DNA of 64,000 bases. It comes from a virus. The notes beneath the pieces were generated by a model. The model saw nothing but the letters and a program-made list of their open reading frames with translations, searched no databases and was not told the origin of the DNA. Shown in pieces: positions 52,672 through 62,791 of this stretch. A program made the translations under genes and the position numbers. Location: the IMG/VR virus record IMGVR_UViG_3300045303_000152, positions 32,001 to 96,000 of that record. One strand, 5' to 3'. Positions within the stretch are counted from its first letter, which is position 1. Each line of letters begins with the position of its first letter.

Positions 52672-53145
52672 ATGTCAGCGAATGATAGGCAGGTAGGTGG
52701 GAGCCACTACAAAGGCAGTTACGAGCATTGGGATTTTGTGACCAACGTTGGTATGTCTTATTTACCAGCGCAAGTTTGCAAGTACCTGAAGCGCTGGCGT
52801 GACAAGAACGGCCGTGAGGACGTCGAAAAGGCTGGGCACTTCCTCGACAAAATGATTGAGGTGGCACCTATTCTAATTTTGCAAAGGCCAAATATTCCCG
52901 CTGACTACATCAATAGTGAGGTTGATAGCTACTTGCACGCCAATGGCATTAAAGGTGAAGAAGCGGCCATCACTTCTATACTTGCGCATTGGTCTACCAA
53001 AAGCCATCTGCAAATGGCCAAGTGCTACATCGAGACCTTGGTAATGAAGATACCCCAAGGGCACGCTACCATTAAGCTTGGTGGAGGCGGCGGCCACGCT
53101 TCACGGCCCGACAGCGATGAGAGCGTACATGGAAATAGATCGTGA
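52672..53145 (+). CDS. DUF3310 (T7 gp1.7-like nucleotide kinase) protein
   Basis: QVGGSHY, KY..RW..KNG.ED..KA.HF. Confidence 0.85.
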   Translation: MSANDRQVGGSHYKGSYEHWDFVTNVGMSYLPAQVCKYLKRWRDKNGREDVEKAGHFLDKMIEVAPILILQRPNIPADYINSEVDSYLHANGIKGEEAAITSILAHWSTKSHLQMAKCYIETLVMKIPQGHATIKLGGGGGHASRPDSDESVHGNRS

Positions 53146-53623
53146 GGCATTGCTGGCGGCAATGACCTACAACAAAAAGTCTGGTATTTGCCGCTGGCGA
53201 ACCACTCGTAAAGGAGTGGAGAAAGTTAATCAAGTGGCTGGCTATGTCGATAAGCAAGGTAAGCGCTGGATACGATTTAGCAATGGTAGGTATAGATCTA
53301 CTCATCTTATTTGGTTTTACGTGACTGGTACTTGGCCTCCAGTACTTGTCGATCATGAGGATCTAAACGTGTCAAACGATAAATGGAGAAACTTACGTTT
53401 AGCAACCCATGCGCAAAACCATTGTAACCTAAGAAAGAGTAAGCGTAACACCTCGGGTTACAAAGGGGTATCCTTTTGTAAGAAGAAAAATAAGTTTGAG
53501 GTACGTATCAATTTTGAGGGGAAATGCCACCGCCTGGGTTATTACAAAACTGCTAGGCTAGGTCACGCCGTTTACAAGAAAGCTTCGCAACGTTATCATG
53601 GTGCGTATGGGAGGATAAGCTAA
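53129..53623 (+). CDS. HNH-AP2 endonuclease
   Basis: VDH.D....ND.W.NLRLAT..QN..N, NTSGYKGV, LGYY, HG.Y; AT-rich. Confidence 0.88.
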   Translation: MEIDREALLAAMTYNKKSGICRWRTTRKGVEKVNQVAGYVDKQGKRWIRFSNGRYRSTHLIWFYVTGTWPPVLVDHEDLNVSNDKWRNLRLATHAQNHCNLRKSKRNTSGYKGVSFCKKKNKFEVRINFEGKCHRLGYYKTARLGHAVYKKASQRYHGAYGRIS

Positions 53624-54717
53624 TGGATATTGATAGAGAACAACTATTGATTGCGGTACGCGCCGCTAGCAATGTGATGGCGACCAATCATTCGGTTCCC
53701 ATCTTCAGTAAAATTTGGTTGATGGAAAACCACGTGCTGGCGTTCAACAATACCAGCATGGTGATCCATATTCCAATCGACATGCCGGCACTGGGCGGCG
53801 TCGATGGCAAGCTGTTGGCCCAGTTGCTCGACCGCTCGGGTGAGGAAACAGTCAGTATAGAAGTCATCGATGGCAACAAGGCTCGGGTGGAAATCGGGCG
53901 CAGCAAGGCAACTCTAGCCGTGATGGACCCTACCGACTACGTGCATCAGTTGGCCAAGATACCCAAGATTAACGGTGAGGCGCCTATTGAGATACTCTGC
54001 GAGCAATTGGGCGAAGAGATCGACCTGGGGGCTTTGCTCAACGTTGGTACCTTGAAGCATGAACAGGATATTGCATTCAGCTCGCTCACCCTCAACGGCA
54101 AGGATGGCAAGCTGACCATGTACGCCAGCGACCGCATTAGTATCAATCGCAGCATCCTCAGCCTCGACAACATCGAAGAGCCGATAACCCGGCTGGTGCC
54201 GATGGATTTCATGCGCACCCTCAAAAAGCTGTGGGACTTGTTTGGTGAGGGCACGCTGGTCATCGGCCCTAAGCACGTGATGGTCAGTGTTGAGGATGGA
54301 CCTACTTTCTATACTACGACCAGCACGTCAGAAAAGCCAATCGACTTCAGGGCAGCGATAGGCCGGCTGTGGCCGAGCGGTAAGATTGATACCAAAACGC
54401 TCGTGCCAATACCTGACGACTTTTGGGATATCATCAAGCGCGCCAAGCTGTTCGCCAAAAGTGATCCTAACCTCGTCACTTTGGTTGCTAGGCAAAATGA
54501 GCTTGAGGTTACGGCCGCAAGTGCCGAAGGTAACTTCAATGAGGTGTTGGAGTTCGAGCACCCGTCGCAAAAGATATCAGTCAGTTGCGATGACTTGCTT
54601 GATGCAGCCTCGCACGTTGATCGTATCTACCTATCTGCTAGTGGTGTGGCCATGTTTGGCCCACGCAAGTTCAGCCGGTTTGTAGCTGGCAGAACAACCT
54701 ACAACCCAGGAAGCTAA
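53623..54717 (+). CDS. DNA polymerase III beta-like sliding clamp
   Basis: 364 aa; IDRE.LL..V, PI.S.I, ASDR; upstream of the polymerase and clamp loader. Confidence 0.7.
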   Translation: MDIDREQLLIAVRAASNVMATNHSVPIFSKIWLMENHVLAFNNTSMVIHIPIDMPALGGVDGKLLAQLLDRSGEETVSIEVIDGNKARVEIGRSKATLAVMDPTDYVHQLAKIPKINGEAPIEILCEQLGEEIDLGALLNVGTLKHEQDIAFSSLTLNGKDGKLTMYASDRISINRSILSLDNIEEPITRLVPMDFMRTLKKLWDLFGEGTLVIGPKHVMVSVEDGPTFYTTTSTSEKPIDFRAAIGRLWPSGKIDTKTLVPIPDDFWDIIKRAKLFAKSDPNLVTLVARQNELEVTAASAEGNFNEVLEFEHPSQKISVSCDDLLDAASHVDRIYLSASGVAMFGPRKFSRFVAGRTTYNPGS

Positions 54718-55766
54718 AAATGATGAGCCCCGATGATGTAGCACGCGCATGTTCCCATGCTCGCAGCCTTATACTCGCTCGCTACCCCACAGCTCGGGCA
54801 CAGTCGGGGCTTATTATGACGTCTCACGTTCTTTGGATGCTCGATCAAATAGCCGAGTTCATGAGCGTAACGCCACCTCGCCGTGAGAAAGCTATGCGCT
54901 GGCTCGGGTTTGTGCAGGGCTATCTTTGGACGGCAACCTACTGCACCATTGAAGACTTGAAGAAGGTCAACCGACCTAGCGATGGAGCTGAGTGATGACC
55001 CCGTTGAGTAGGCTACGAGGTGATGGCTGGATGGTCGCGGTCCATAACGACTACTGGCTTAATGGCAAGTTCATGACGTTCTGGCTATTTACTCATCCAA
55101 CGGGAGTCTTTGTCAAAGGTGAGGCAGAAACAGATGAAGAAGCGCTTCGCGAGTGCGAGCGTAAGGCAACAGCTATCGGAGTTTAACAATGCCCATCAAT
55201 CGACGCGGCGTGCATATCAACTGGCATGGTAAGTACCTCAATGAAGAGGAAATTGCGGCTGACATGATAGCAAAGATCAGAGCCAACCCTGAGGGCGTCA
55301 AGGTTTGGCTTGATCCCATTAGTTGGGAACTGCCTTATAGCGACTATAAGGTACTGCCTCCGCATGCTGGCGCCTTGATGAACGTCGGTATGCAAGTTCG
55401 GAATTACTATGGGCTTTGGCATCCTGAATGCCCGTATACCAAAACCGGCGGGGCTGATTTAGAAGTTAAGGATGGTATCATCACCGACCCAATGTTCCCT
55501 GACAACCTATCAATGCGCATAATTGACCGGGTGCGCAAGGTATTCGCGGATGAGGCCAAGCAATCGAAAGAGTTGCACATTGCCGATAGTCACCCCCAAC
55601 GATCAGGCTTTGCTTGGTGCGGCGAAACATTGCTAGATAGCAGTAAGCGAACCTTTCGCAACGTTGAGGAAGCTGCTCAAATCGGCCGTAGTGGTATGGA
55701 TAGTTTCATTGTTTGCACTCGTTGCCTTGAACGGGTTACAGCAGCGCTACGTCACGGGCACAAGTA

Positions 55767-58448
55767 ATGAGCTTCTTTCCTATACCTGAAAAGGTAAGCA
55801 AACAAACAGCGGCTAAAGCCGACATTAAGATGCTCCATACCCTGGAGTGTCAAGCCTGCCCGTTGTCGCAGATCAAGGGTAACAAACACCCTGACATGCC
55901 GGCAACGGGCGTCAGTAACCCGATGGTATATGCATTGGGCGAGGCCCCCGGCAAGGATGAGGATATACGCGGCCGGCAGTTCGTAGGCAAAAGCGGCCAA
56001 CTGCTTAGAGACTTGCTCATTGACATTATAGGCACCGATTACAAAAACTACTTTCGTTGGAACAACACTGTTCGCACCCGACCGATTGACAATGCCACAC
56101 CAACTTGGCAGAGCATCGAGTGCTGCCGGCCTAGCATCGTAAGGGATATCGAACAAAGCAAGCCGAAGGCTATATTTGGATTTGGCAACATACCGCTATC
56201 GTGGCTCACGGGGTATTCTGGTATCTATGCCTATCGCGGTCGCTGCATGCCCGTTAAAGTAGGCACGCACGTTTGCTGGTACTTCCCCATGCTGCATCCA
56301 GCGGCGATACTGCATGGCGTCAAAGGCTATGACCCCGACGACGATGACGATGGCAGCGATTACAATCAATCCGATCGCGAGTTCATCAATGAGGACCATC
56401 GCATACTCAAGTTCGATCTCATTAAAGCCCTGGCGTTGCTCGACAAGCTCGGGCCACCTATGATCCATTCAGCTGACGATGCCTTGAGCGGCATTGATGT
56501 GATGGATAAGTGTGACGATCAAGCCCTCGATGTCATTGAAGAACAGTTGAAGCTGTACGGCTCAAAGGTAGTAATCGGCATCGACTATGAGACCGACGCA
56601 CTGCGACCGTACAATCCCGACCGGCGAATACTAACCGCCGCCGTCAGCGATGGGCTCGGTGCGATCACCATTCCATTCGATCACCCTGAAGCGAGCTGGA
56701 CCCCCAAGCAGCGTGAACGCCTCGACCGCATTTGGATCAACTTCCTCACCACGGCCACAGCTATCAAAGCGGTACACAACCTGCAATTCGAGCTGGAGTG
56801 GACTGGCCATCGGTTCGCCGGCGACTTGCTCAAAGCCGGTAGGTGGGAATGTACGATGGTTCAAGCGTCGATCATCGACCATCGCTATAAGGGCACCAAG
56901 CCGAGCCCACTGTCGTTAGAGTTTCTGGTGCTGCAACACTTCGGCTTCAACCTGAAGAAGCTCGCAGCCGTCGAGCGGCACAACCTGATAAACACGCCGT
57001 TGCCTCACGTGCTCCAATACAATGGATTGGATGCCAAGTATCATGCGTTGCTGTTCAAGCGTCAGCACTCGATTATAAGGAATGAGAACCTACTCGTTGC
57101 CTACAAGCTCGCCAGCCGCCGCGTGCCCACGTTGGTTATGAGCCAGCTCAAAGGTATTCCTGTATCACAGAAGCAAGTCGAGGTGCTGCACGCCAAGTAC
57201 GCAGATCGTATAGAAACAACCTCAAAGCAGATCGCCGTCAACCGCACCGTCAAGCGGTTCAAGAAAGAGTACAAATTCGACTTCGACCCCGGCAAGCATT
57301 GCGTGAAGCTGTTTCACGACATGCTGCAACGTAAGGAGTGCGAGGTATTCGACAAGAAGAAACGTGATGCCAAAACTTGGTGGGTGGGTGATAAGAAAGT
57401 CAACAAGATAAGCTGCGATGAAGATGTGCTCAAGCAAATTGGCGGCGAGCTGCCAGAGCTAATCATTCGCTTGCGTAAGGCACAAAAGCGCATGGGTACT
57501 TACATTCTACCCATGCGTGAGGGCAGCGGAATACTTTGGCCCGGTAGCTATCTCCATCCGGTTTACAATCATACCTTCACCGATACCGGCCGGCTGAGCG
57601 CTGAAGAGCCCAACGTTCAAAACTACCCCAAGCGTGATGGCGAGGCCAAGGAGGTTCGCAAGGGCATCGTCGCTCGCAAAGGCCGTGTGATTGTCGCCAT
57701 CGACTACGGGCAAATAGAAGCTCGCGTCATCGCCATGTACACGAAGGATAAAACCTTCGTCAAAGCGTTGTGGGAAGACTACGACGTTCATATGGAGTGG
57801 GCCGAGCGCGTAGCCTATGCGATGCCAGGGCTAGTCGGCGGCAAGCAGTACCTTAAAGACAAACCCACGATGAAAAAGTTTCGCACGGGCATCAAAAACG
57901 AATGGACATTCCCACTGTTTTTCGGGGCCACGCTTGAGTCCGTTTGCACCTACCTGACCGAAGGCAACGATCACGACTGCAAGGTAGAGCCCGGTCAACT
58001 CAAAAAGGTTCATGCCGATTTCTGGAAGCAGTTCGGCGGCGTGAAGGAATGGCAGGAGACCCTGCGCGACTTTTATGAGGAGCATGGGTATGTAGAAACC
58101 TTCACCGGCCGGCGCCGTCACGGGCCTATGAGCTTCAACAAGCTAATCAATGCACCCGTGCAAGGGTTCACTGCCGAGCTAGTGATGGACGGTATGTGTA
58201 GGTTAAGCGAAACAAATGACCCGCTGCTGCCCCCTGAAATTCAAATCCACGATGACTTGACGTGGGTAAGCGTGCCCGAAAACAGGGTGGATGAATTGGC
58301 TGACAAGGCGCTAGATGTGCTGCTCAACCCGCCCGCGCCGTTCATCGAGCATGTCAACGTACCGATCACAATGGAGCTTAGCGTAGGCAAGAACTGGCTG
58401 GAAATGACCGACATAGGCGTGTTCAAATCAAACGAGTGGAAGCAATGA
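55767..58448 (+). CDS. Family A DNA polymerase with N-terminal family-4 UDG-like domain (SPO1-type)
   Basis: C..CPL, GEAPG..ED..G..FVG.SG, HPA; exonuclease DYET, HN..F, YN..D; polymerase TGRLS...PN.QN, DYGQIE.R, NAPVQG, IHDD. Confidence 0.95.
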   Translation: MSFFPIPEKVSKQTAAKADIKMLHTLECQACPLSQIKGNKHPDMPATGVSNPMVYALGEAPGKDEDIRGRQFVGKSGQLLRDLLIDIIGTDYKNYFRWNNTVRTRPIDNATPTWQSIECCRPSIVRDIEQSKPKAIFGFGNIPLSWLTGYSGIYAYRGRCMPVKVGTHVCWYFPMLHPAAILHGVKGYDPDDDDDGSDYNQSDREFINEDHRILKFDLIKALALLDKLGPPMIHSADDALSGIDVMDKCDDQALDVIEEQLKLYGSKVVIGIDYETDALRPYNPDRRILTAAVSDGLGAITIPFDHPEASWTPKQRERLDRIWINFLTTATAIKAVHNLQFELEWTGHRFAGDLLKAGRWECTMVQASIIDHRYKGTKPSPLSLEFLVLQHFGFNLKKLAAVERHNLINTPLPHVLQYNGLDAKYHALLFKRQHSIIRNENLLVAYKLASRRVPTLVMSQLKGIPVSQKQVEVLHAKYADRIETTSKQIAVNRTVKRFKKEYKFDFDPGKHCVKLFHDMLQRKECEVFDKKKRDAKTWWVGDKKVNKISCDEDVLKQIGGELPELIIRLRKAQKRMGTYILPMREGSGILWPGSYLHPVYNHTFTDTGRLSAEEPNVQNYPKRDGEAKEVRKGIVARKGRVIVAIDYGQIEARVIAMYTKDKTFVKALWEDYDVHMEWAERVAYAMPGLVGGKQYLKDKPTMKKFRTGIKNEWTFPLFFGATLESVCTYLTEGNDHDCKVEPGQLKKVHADFWKQFGGVKEWQETLRDFYEEHGYVETFTGRRRHGPMSFNKLINAPVQGFTAELVMDGMCRLSETNDPLLPPEIQIHDDLTWVSVPENRVDELADKALDVLLNPPAPFIEHVNVPITMELSVGKNWLEMTDIGVFKSNEWKQ

Positions 58449-59371
58449 CAGCTCTAATAACCAAGTACAGACCCCGCAGATTTGCCGACGTGATCGGGCA
58501 CGCTAGTGCCGTGCGTGCGTTGCAACGCGCGTTGGAAAAGGGTACCAGCAAAACGTTTCTGCTGACTGGGCCGACTGGCGTAGGCAAAACTACGCTTGCC
58601 CGTATCGCTGCAACTGTCGCCGGCTGCAAGTCAGATATCATGGAAGTCGATGCTGCCACGCGCACTGGCATTGATGACATGCGCGAAATTGCTGAAGGCA
58701 TGAACTACGCGCCGCTATCTGGCGATGCCAAGGCGTTCATCATAGATGAAGCTCATGCATTGAGCAAAGCGGCCGTGCAGTCATTGCTCAAAACGTTCGA
58801 GGAGCCGCCAAGCTGGGGCTATTGGTTCATGTGTACGACTGAGCCAACCAAGATCCCCGCCAACCTGCGCAGCCGATGCCTGCACCTCACCTTGAAGCCG
58901 GTTGATACAGAGGATATCAAGGGCTTGCTCGATGACATAAACTCGAAAGAAAAGCTGAAGGTCAAGGGCGATATAGTGACGCTGTGCGCTGAGGAGGCCC
59001 AAGGCTCACCCCGACAAGCCATCACCAACCTAGCCTTGTGCGCCGATGTTAAAAACACAACTGAAGCTGCCGAGCTACTGCAATCGGCCGCTGAGCTACC
59101 CCAAGCAATCGACCTTGCACGCTTTCTATTCGCTGGCGGTTCATGGCGTGATTGCCAAGCCAAGTTGCGTGCGATGAAGGATCAGAACGCCGAAAGCGTG
59201 CGCCAAGTCGTGCGGGCCTACATGACTACGATTGCGCTCTCCATTCCAGGGGGTAACAAGTTGGCCCAAGCTCTGGCCGTGCTCGAAGCCTTCGAAACCC
59301 CTTGTAACTCGCAGGACGGCATATCACCTATCGTGCTGCGTTGCGCTAGTTTGCTGGTCAGCAAAAGATGA
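58445..59371 (+). CDS. Clamp loader AAA+ subunit (DnaX-like)
   Basis: KYRP..F.DVIG, GPTGVGKTT, IIDEAH.LS, LLK..EEPP, SRC. Confidence 0.92.
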   Translation: MTALITKYRPRRFADVIGHASAVRALQRALEKGTSKTFLLTGPTGVGKTTLARIAATVAGCKSDIMEVDAATRTGIDDMREIAEGMNYAPLSGDAKAFIIDEAHALSKAAVQSLLKTFEEPPSWGYWFMCTTEPTKIPANLRSRCLHLTLKPVDTEDIKGLLDDINSKEKLKVKGDIVTLCAEEAQGSPRQAITNLALCADVKNTTEAAELLQSAAELPQAIDLARFLFAGGSWRDCQAKLRAMKDQNAESVRQVVRAYMTTIALSIPGGNKLAQALAVLEAFETPCNSQDGISPIVLRCASLLVSKR

Positions 59372-59421
59372 TCGTATGTAGTTAGTGACCGAACCCCCAA
59401 ACCCTGTCAGAAAGCACCCCC

Positions 59422-59979
59422 ATGCAGCAACGCCCCGATAAGACCCCGAGCAAAAACCCCCAAGCGGCCGACTATCGCGAATTGCTGGTGATCGACCGCG
59501 ACGATCTGGAAGGCTGCCTCACCGACCACTCTGACAACTTTTTCTACATCGCCGACGCCCACGTGCGGGCGGTCGCCAAGCGCGATGCCCTCAAGCTCGA
59601 GATCGAAGAGTTGCATGCCGCCCTCGATAGAAACATCCGTGAACAGGCCGCTAAGAACGAGGAGAAAACAACCGAGGCTGGCATTCAGCAAAAGATCAAA
59701 GACGACCCCGACATGCGCGACCTGAAGCAACAGCTTTTGAACGCCAGCCAGAAGGCCGATGAGTGGGGCGCCCTGAAGGAAGCCTTTTATCAGCGCGGCT
59801 ACATGCTGCGTGAGCTTGTGGCGATAACGCTCAAGAAACTTTCAATGGAAGGAGAGATCAGCTCGACCGAACGTGCAACCAACGAATTGCGAGCGAAGCA
59901 GGGCGACCGCGCCATCGAGCGGGTGAGAACTGCCCGCGAAACGATGCCCATGAAGCGACTTGGCAAAAAGAGCAAGTAG
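59422..59979 (+). CDS. UvsY-like recombination mediator
   Basis: Coiled coil with K.TEA.I; near SSB and RecA. Confidence 0.5.
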   Translation: MQQRPDKTPSKNPQAADYRELLVIDRDDLEGCLTDHSDNFFYIADAHVRAVAKRDALKLEIEELHAALDRNIREQAAKNEEKTTEAGIQQKIKDDPDMRDLKQQLLNASQKADEWGALKEAFYQRGYMLRELVAITLKKLSMEGEISSTERATNELRAKQGDRAIERVRTARETMPMKRLGKKSK

Positions 59980-59986
59980 GTAACTC

Positions 59987-60211
59987 ATGGCCAAAATAAC
60001 TACTCCGCTGCCAACCGGCATACAAAACTTGTGGAAGGGAATGCATGTACGTCACCAGCGTAGCGGCCATAAGTACACTGTGCTGTGTGTTGCCAGGGTT
60101 GAGAAAACGCTTGAGGTAGTAGTCGTCTATCGCAGTGATGATGCCGAGGACGAGATCTGGACCCGCCCTCATGGTGAGTTTTGCGATGGCCGGTTTGCAG
60201 TAATAGGGTGA
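59987..60211 (+). CDS. DUF1653 protein
   Basis: RH..SG..Y.V..VA..E......VVY......WTRP..EF..GRF. Confidence 0.85.
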   Translation: MAKITTPLPTGIQNLWKGMHVRHQRSGHKYTVLCVARVEKTLEVVVVYRSDDAEDEIWTRPHGEFCDGRFAVIG

Positions 60212-60370
60212 GGACAGCGGAGGTGGAAAACATTGCATGGATAGTTGCTATCGTTCTTGTTGCGGTAGTAGTCTTACCGATAGCTAACTATGTAAATGTC
60301 AGGCTCATAAGCCTAGCGTACTACCGCAGCAGATTAGAGTACGTCAGAAACGTTCGTCAACTTGGAGTGG

Positions 60371-61666
60371 ATGATGAAAGCGAGTACCCAGTCAAAGACC
60401 AAGACCAACGGCGGTCGTCGGCATTTCACGTATCGCGGTGAAGACCGCACCGCCGAGGACGTCAGCCGCGCCAGCAAAACCAGCGGCGGCACTTTCGACC
60501 AGTATTTGACCCAAGGTGTGAATTTCTTCAAGCCTCGCGAGGGCGAGAACAACATTCGCATCATGCCCCTTAGCTGGGAGGACACCAAAAAGTGGGGCAA
60601 GGACTGGGCGATACTGATCTACGTGCACCACAGCATCGGCGCCGACAATTCGGCCTACCTTTGCCTCGAGAAAATGAAGGGCGAGGCTTGCCCCATTTGC
60701 GAAGCACGGGCCGACGCCGAGACCGAGGAAGAGCAGCGCGCACTGAGGCCCAACAAGCGGGCGCTGGTGTGGCTGATCGACCGCGACAACGAGAAGGCAG
60801 GGCCGCACGTGTGGTCTATGCCGCTTCAGCTTTACCGTGACCTGCAAACGCGCAGCATCGACAAGAAGACCGGCACGGTGATACTGATCGACCATCCTGA
60901 CGAGGGCTACGACATTAGCTTCGTCAAGGAGGGCACCGGCCTGCATACCAAGTACACGGCCGTCGAGGTTGCTCGGGATGGCTCGGCACTCAGCGAGAAC
61001 GAGAAAAAGCAAACCCGCTGGCTCGACCTGATCGCCGAGCAGCCGTTGCCCGAAATCCTCAACTACTACGATGCCGACTACATCACCAAGGTTCTCGAGG
61101 GCAAGTCGTCGAAGCGCGATGACGACGAGGACGAGGACGATGATGACAAGCCAGCCCGTAAGCGCGTCAAGTTGGAGAACCGGCGCAACAAGGGCAAGGC
61201 CGATGATGACGATGACGAGGCCGAGGAGACTGAGGACGAAGACGAGGACGAGGCTGACGAAAAGGCCATTCGTCGCAACAAGCGAAGCGTCGCCCGTGAC
61301 GAGGACGATGACGATGGTGAGGCTGAAGAGGAGTCTGAAGACAGCGACGATGAGGACGAGGAGGATGCCAAGCCTACTCGCCGCCGCACCTCGAAGGTAG
61401 TCGATGATGACGACGGGGATGAAGAGACTGAGGAAAGCGACGATGACGACGATGACGAGCCCAAGGCCAAAAAGGGTAAGGGCAAGCCGTCAAAGAGACG
61501 TGCGGTTGCCGCTGACGATGACGACGATGACGGAGATGATGAGGAGGCTGACGACGATAGTGATGACGAGGACGAAGAAGACAGTCCGCCTAAGAGTAAA
61601 GCTGGTTCGGCCAGTGCCCGAGCGCGGGCTAAGCTCGAAGCGCTGAAGAAAAAGCGCCGTAAGTAA
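60371..61666 (+). CDS. gp32-like ssDNA-binding protein with very long acidic/basic tail
   Basis: G.N.IRI.P, H....C......CP.C, D...G.D....K.G.G..TKY; ~185-aa D/E tail with K/R blocks. Confidence 0.8.
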   Translation: MMKASTQSKTKTNGGRRHFTYRGEDRTAEDVSRASKTSGGTFDQYLTQGVNFFKPREGENNIRIMPLSWEDTKKWGKDWAILIYVHHSIGADNSAYLCLEKMKGEACPICEARADAETEEEQRALRPNKRALVWLIDRDNEKAGPHVWSMPLQLYRDLQTRSIDKKTGTVILIDHPDEGYDISFVKEGTGLHTKYTAVEVARDGSALSENEKKQTRWLDLIAEQPLPEILNYYDADYITKVLEGKSSKRDDDEDEDDDDKPARKRVKLENRRNKGKADDDDDEAEETEDEDEDEADEKAIRRNKRSVARDEDDDDGEAEEESEDSDDEDEEDAKPTRRRTSKVVDDDDGDEETEESDDDDDDEPKAKKGKGKPSKRRAVAADDDDDDGDDEEADDDSDDEDEEDSPPKSKAGSASARARAKLEALKKKRRK

Positions 61667-61700
61667 GGTTTCCTGGCCTCTCGTGCAGTGTAGGTCAGGA

Positions 61701-61755
61701 GGCGGGTGGCGTAAGGCTTCAGCTCCATTGAGCCTTGCGTCACCCGTCACTTTTT
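61701..61755 (+). terminator. Intrinsic terminator
   Basis: ggcgggtggcgtaaggc...gccttgcgtcacccgtc followed by a T run. Confidence 0.7.
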
Positions 61756-61774
61756 AACGTTAGAAGGTAGGAAA

Positions 61775-62791
61775 ATGCGTAAGCGCCTAGGTGAGAAAGC
61801 TAACGGGGCTGACAATGACTACTTCAAGCCGGCAACCAACATCGAGTTCATCAGAAGCGGCTGCGTGCTGTTCGACTGCATGCTCGGCGGAGGCTGGCCA
61901 CTCGGCAGAATGTCGAACCTCGTTGGCGACAAGTCAACCGGAAAAACCCTTTGCGCCATTGAGGCTGCTGCAAACTTCGCCCGACAATATCCTAACGGTC
62001 ATATCTGGTATCGAGAGGCAGAAGCAGCATTTGATGAAAGCTATGCTGGTGCCCTCGGCCTACCTGTTGACCGGGTTGACTTTGGACCAGAGGGCCTCGA
62101 TAGTGCTTGGGAAACTGTGGAAGATATATTCGAAGACCTTACCGACTGCTGCGAGCGAGCCATCGAAAGCAAAGAACCAGGGCTCTACATAATCGACAGC
62201 CTCGATGCCTTATCAAGCCGCGCCGAGCTGGCACGTAAGATTGATGAAGGCAGCTACGGCATGGAAAAGCAAAAGCAGCTTGGCCAGTTGTTTCGCCGGC
62301 TGACCCGCAAGCTAAAGGAAGCTCGCATCGCTTTGCTGATTATCTCGCAGGTGCGTGACAAGATCGGCATATCATTCGGTGACAAGCACCGGCGTTCTGG
62401 TGGCCGCGCGATGGACTTTTACGCCTCGCTCGTTGTATACCTGAGCCATCTTAAGCAACTCAGTCGCACCATTGGCGGCATCAAGCGGCCGACAGCCATT
62501 CACGTCAGGGCCAAATGCCAAAAGAACAAGATCGCCATGCCGTTTAGAGAGTGTGAGTTCACCTTGCGCTTTGGGTATGGCATCGACGAAATGGATGCCT
62601 GCGTGACCTTTCTCGAAATGGCCAAGGCGACCAAGCTCGTGCCTGAGCTGGACAAGAACTTCATGACACGGGTTGATAAGCTGAACGATGCCGACTATAA
62701 AAAGCAATTGATCGTGCTGCGCAAAGCTACACGCAAAGCATGGCGAGCTATCGAGGTAGATTTTGCCCCCACAAGGAGGAAGTACGTATGA
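61775..62791 (+). CDS. recA: RecA/UvsX-like recombinase
   Basis: SG...D..LGGG.P.GR, GDKSTGKT, IIDS, SQVRDKIG..FG, GG.A..FYAS. Confidence 0.93.
   Translation: MRKRLGEKANGADNDYFKPATNIEFIRSGCVLFDCMLGGGWPLGRMSNLVGDKSTGKTLCAIEAAANFARQYPNGHIWYREAEAAFDESYAGALGLPVDRVDFGPEGLDSAWETVEDIFEDLTDCCERAIESKEPGLYIIDSLDALSSRAELARKIDEGSYGMEKQKQLGQLFRRLTRKLKEARIALLIISQVRDKIGISFGDKHRRSGGRAMDFYASLVVYLSHLKQLSRTIGGIKRPTAIHVRAKCQKNKIAMPFRECEFTLRFGYGIDEMDACVTFLEMAKATKLVPELDKNFMTRVDKLNDADYKKQLIVLRKATRKAWRAIEVDFAPTRRKYV

Noticed and set aside
60392-61743. Ser-rich and other minus-strand ORFs
   Set aside because: Mirror of the GAC/GAT/GAG-rich SSB gene.
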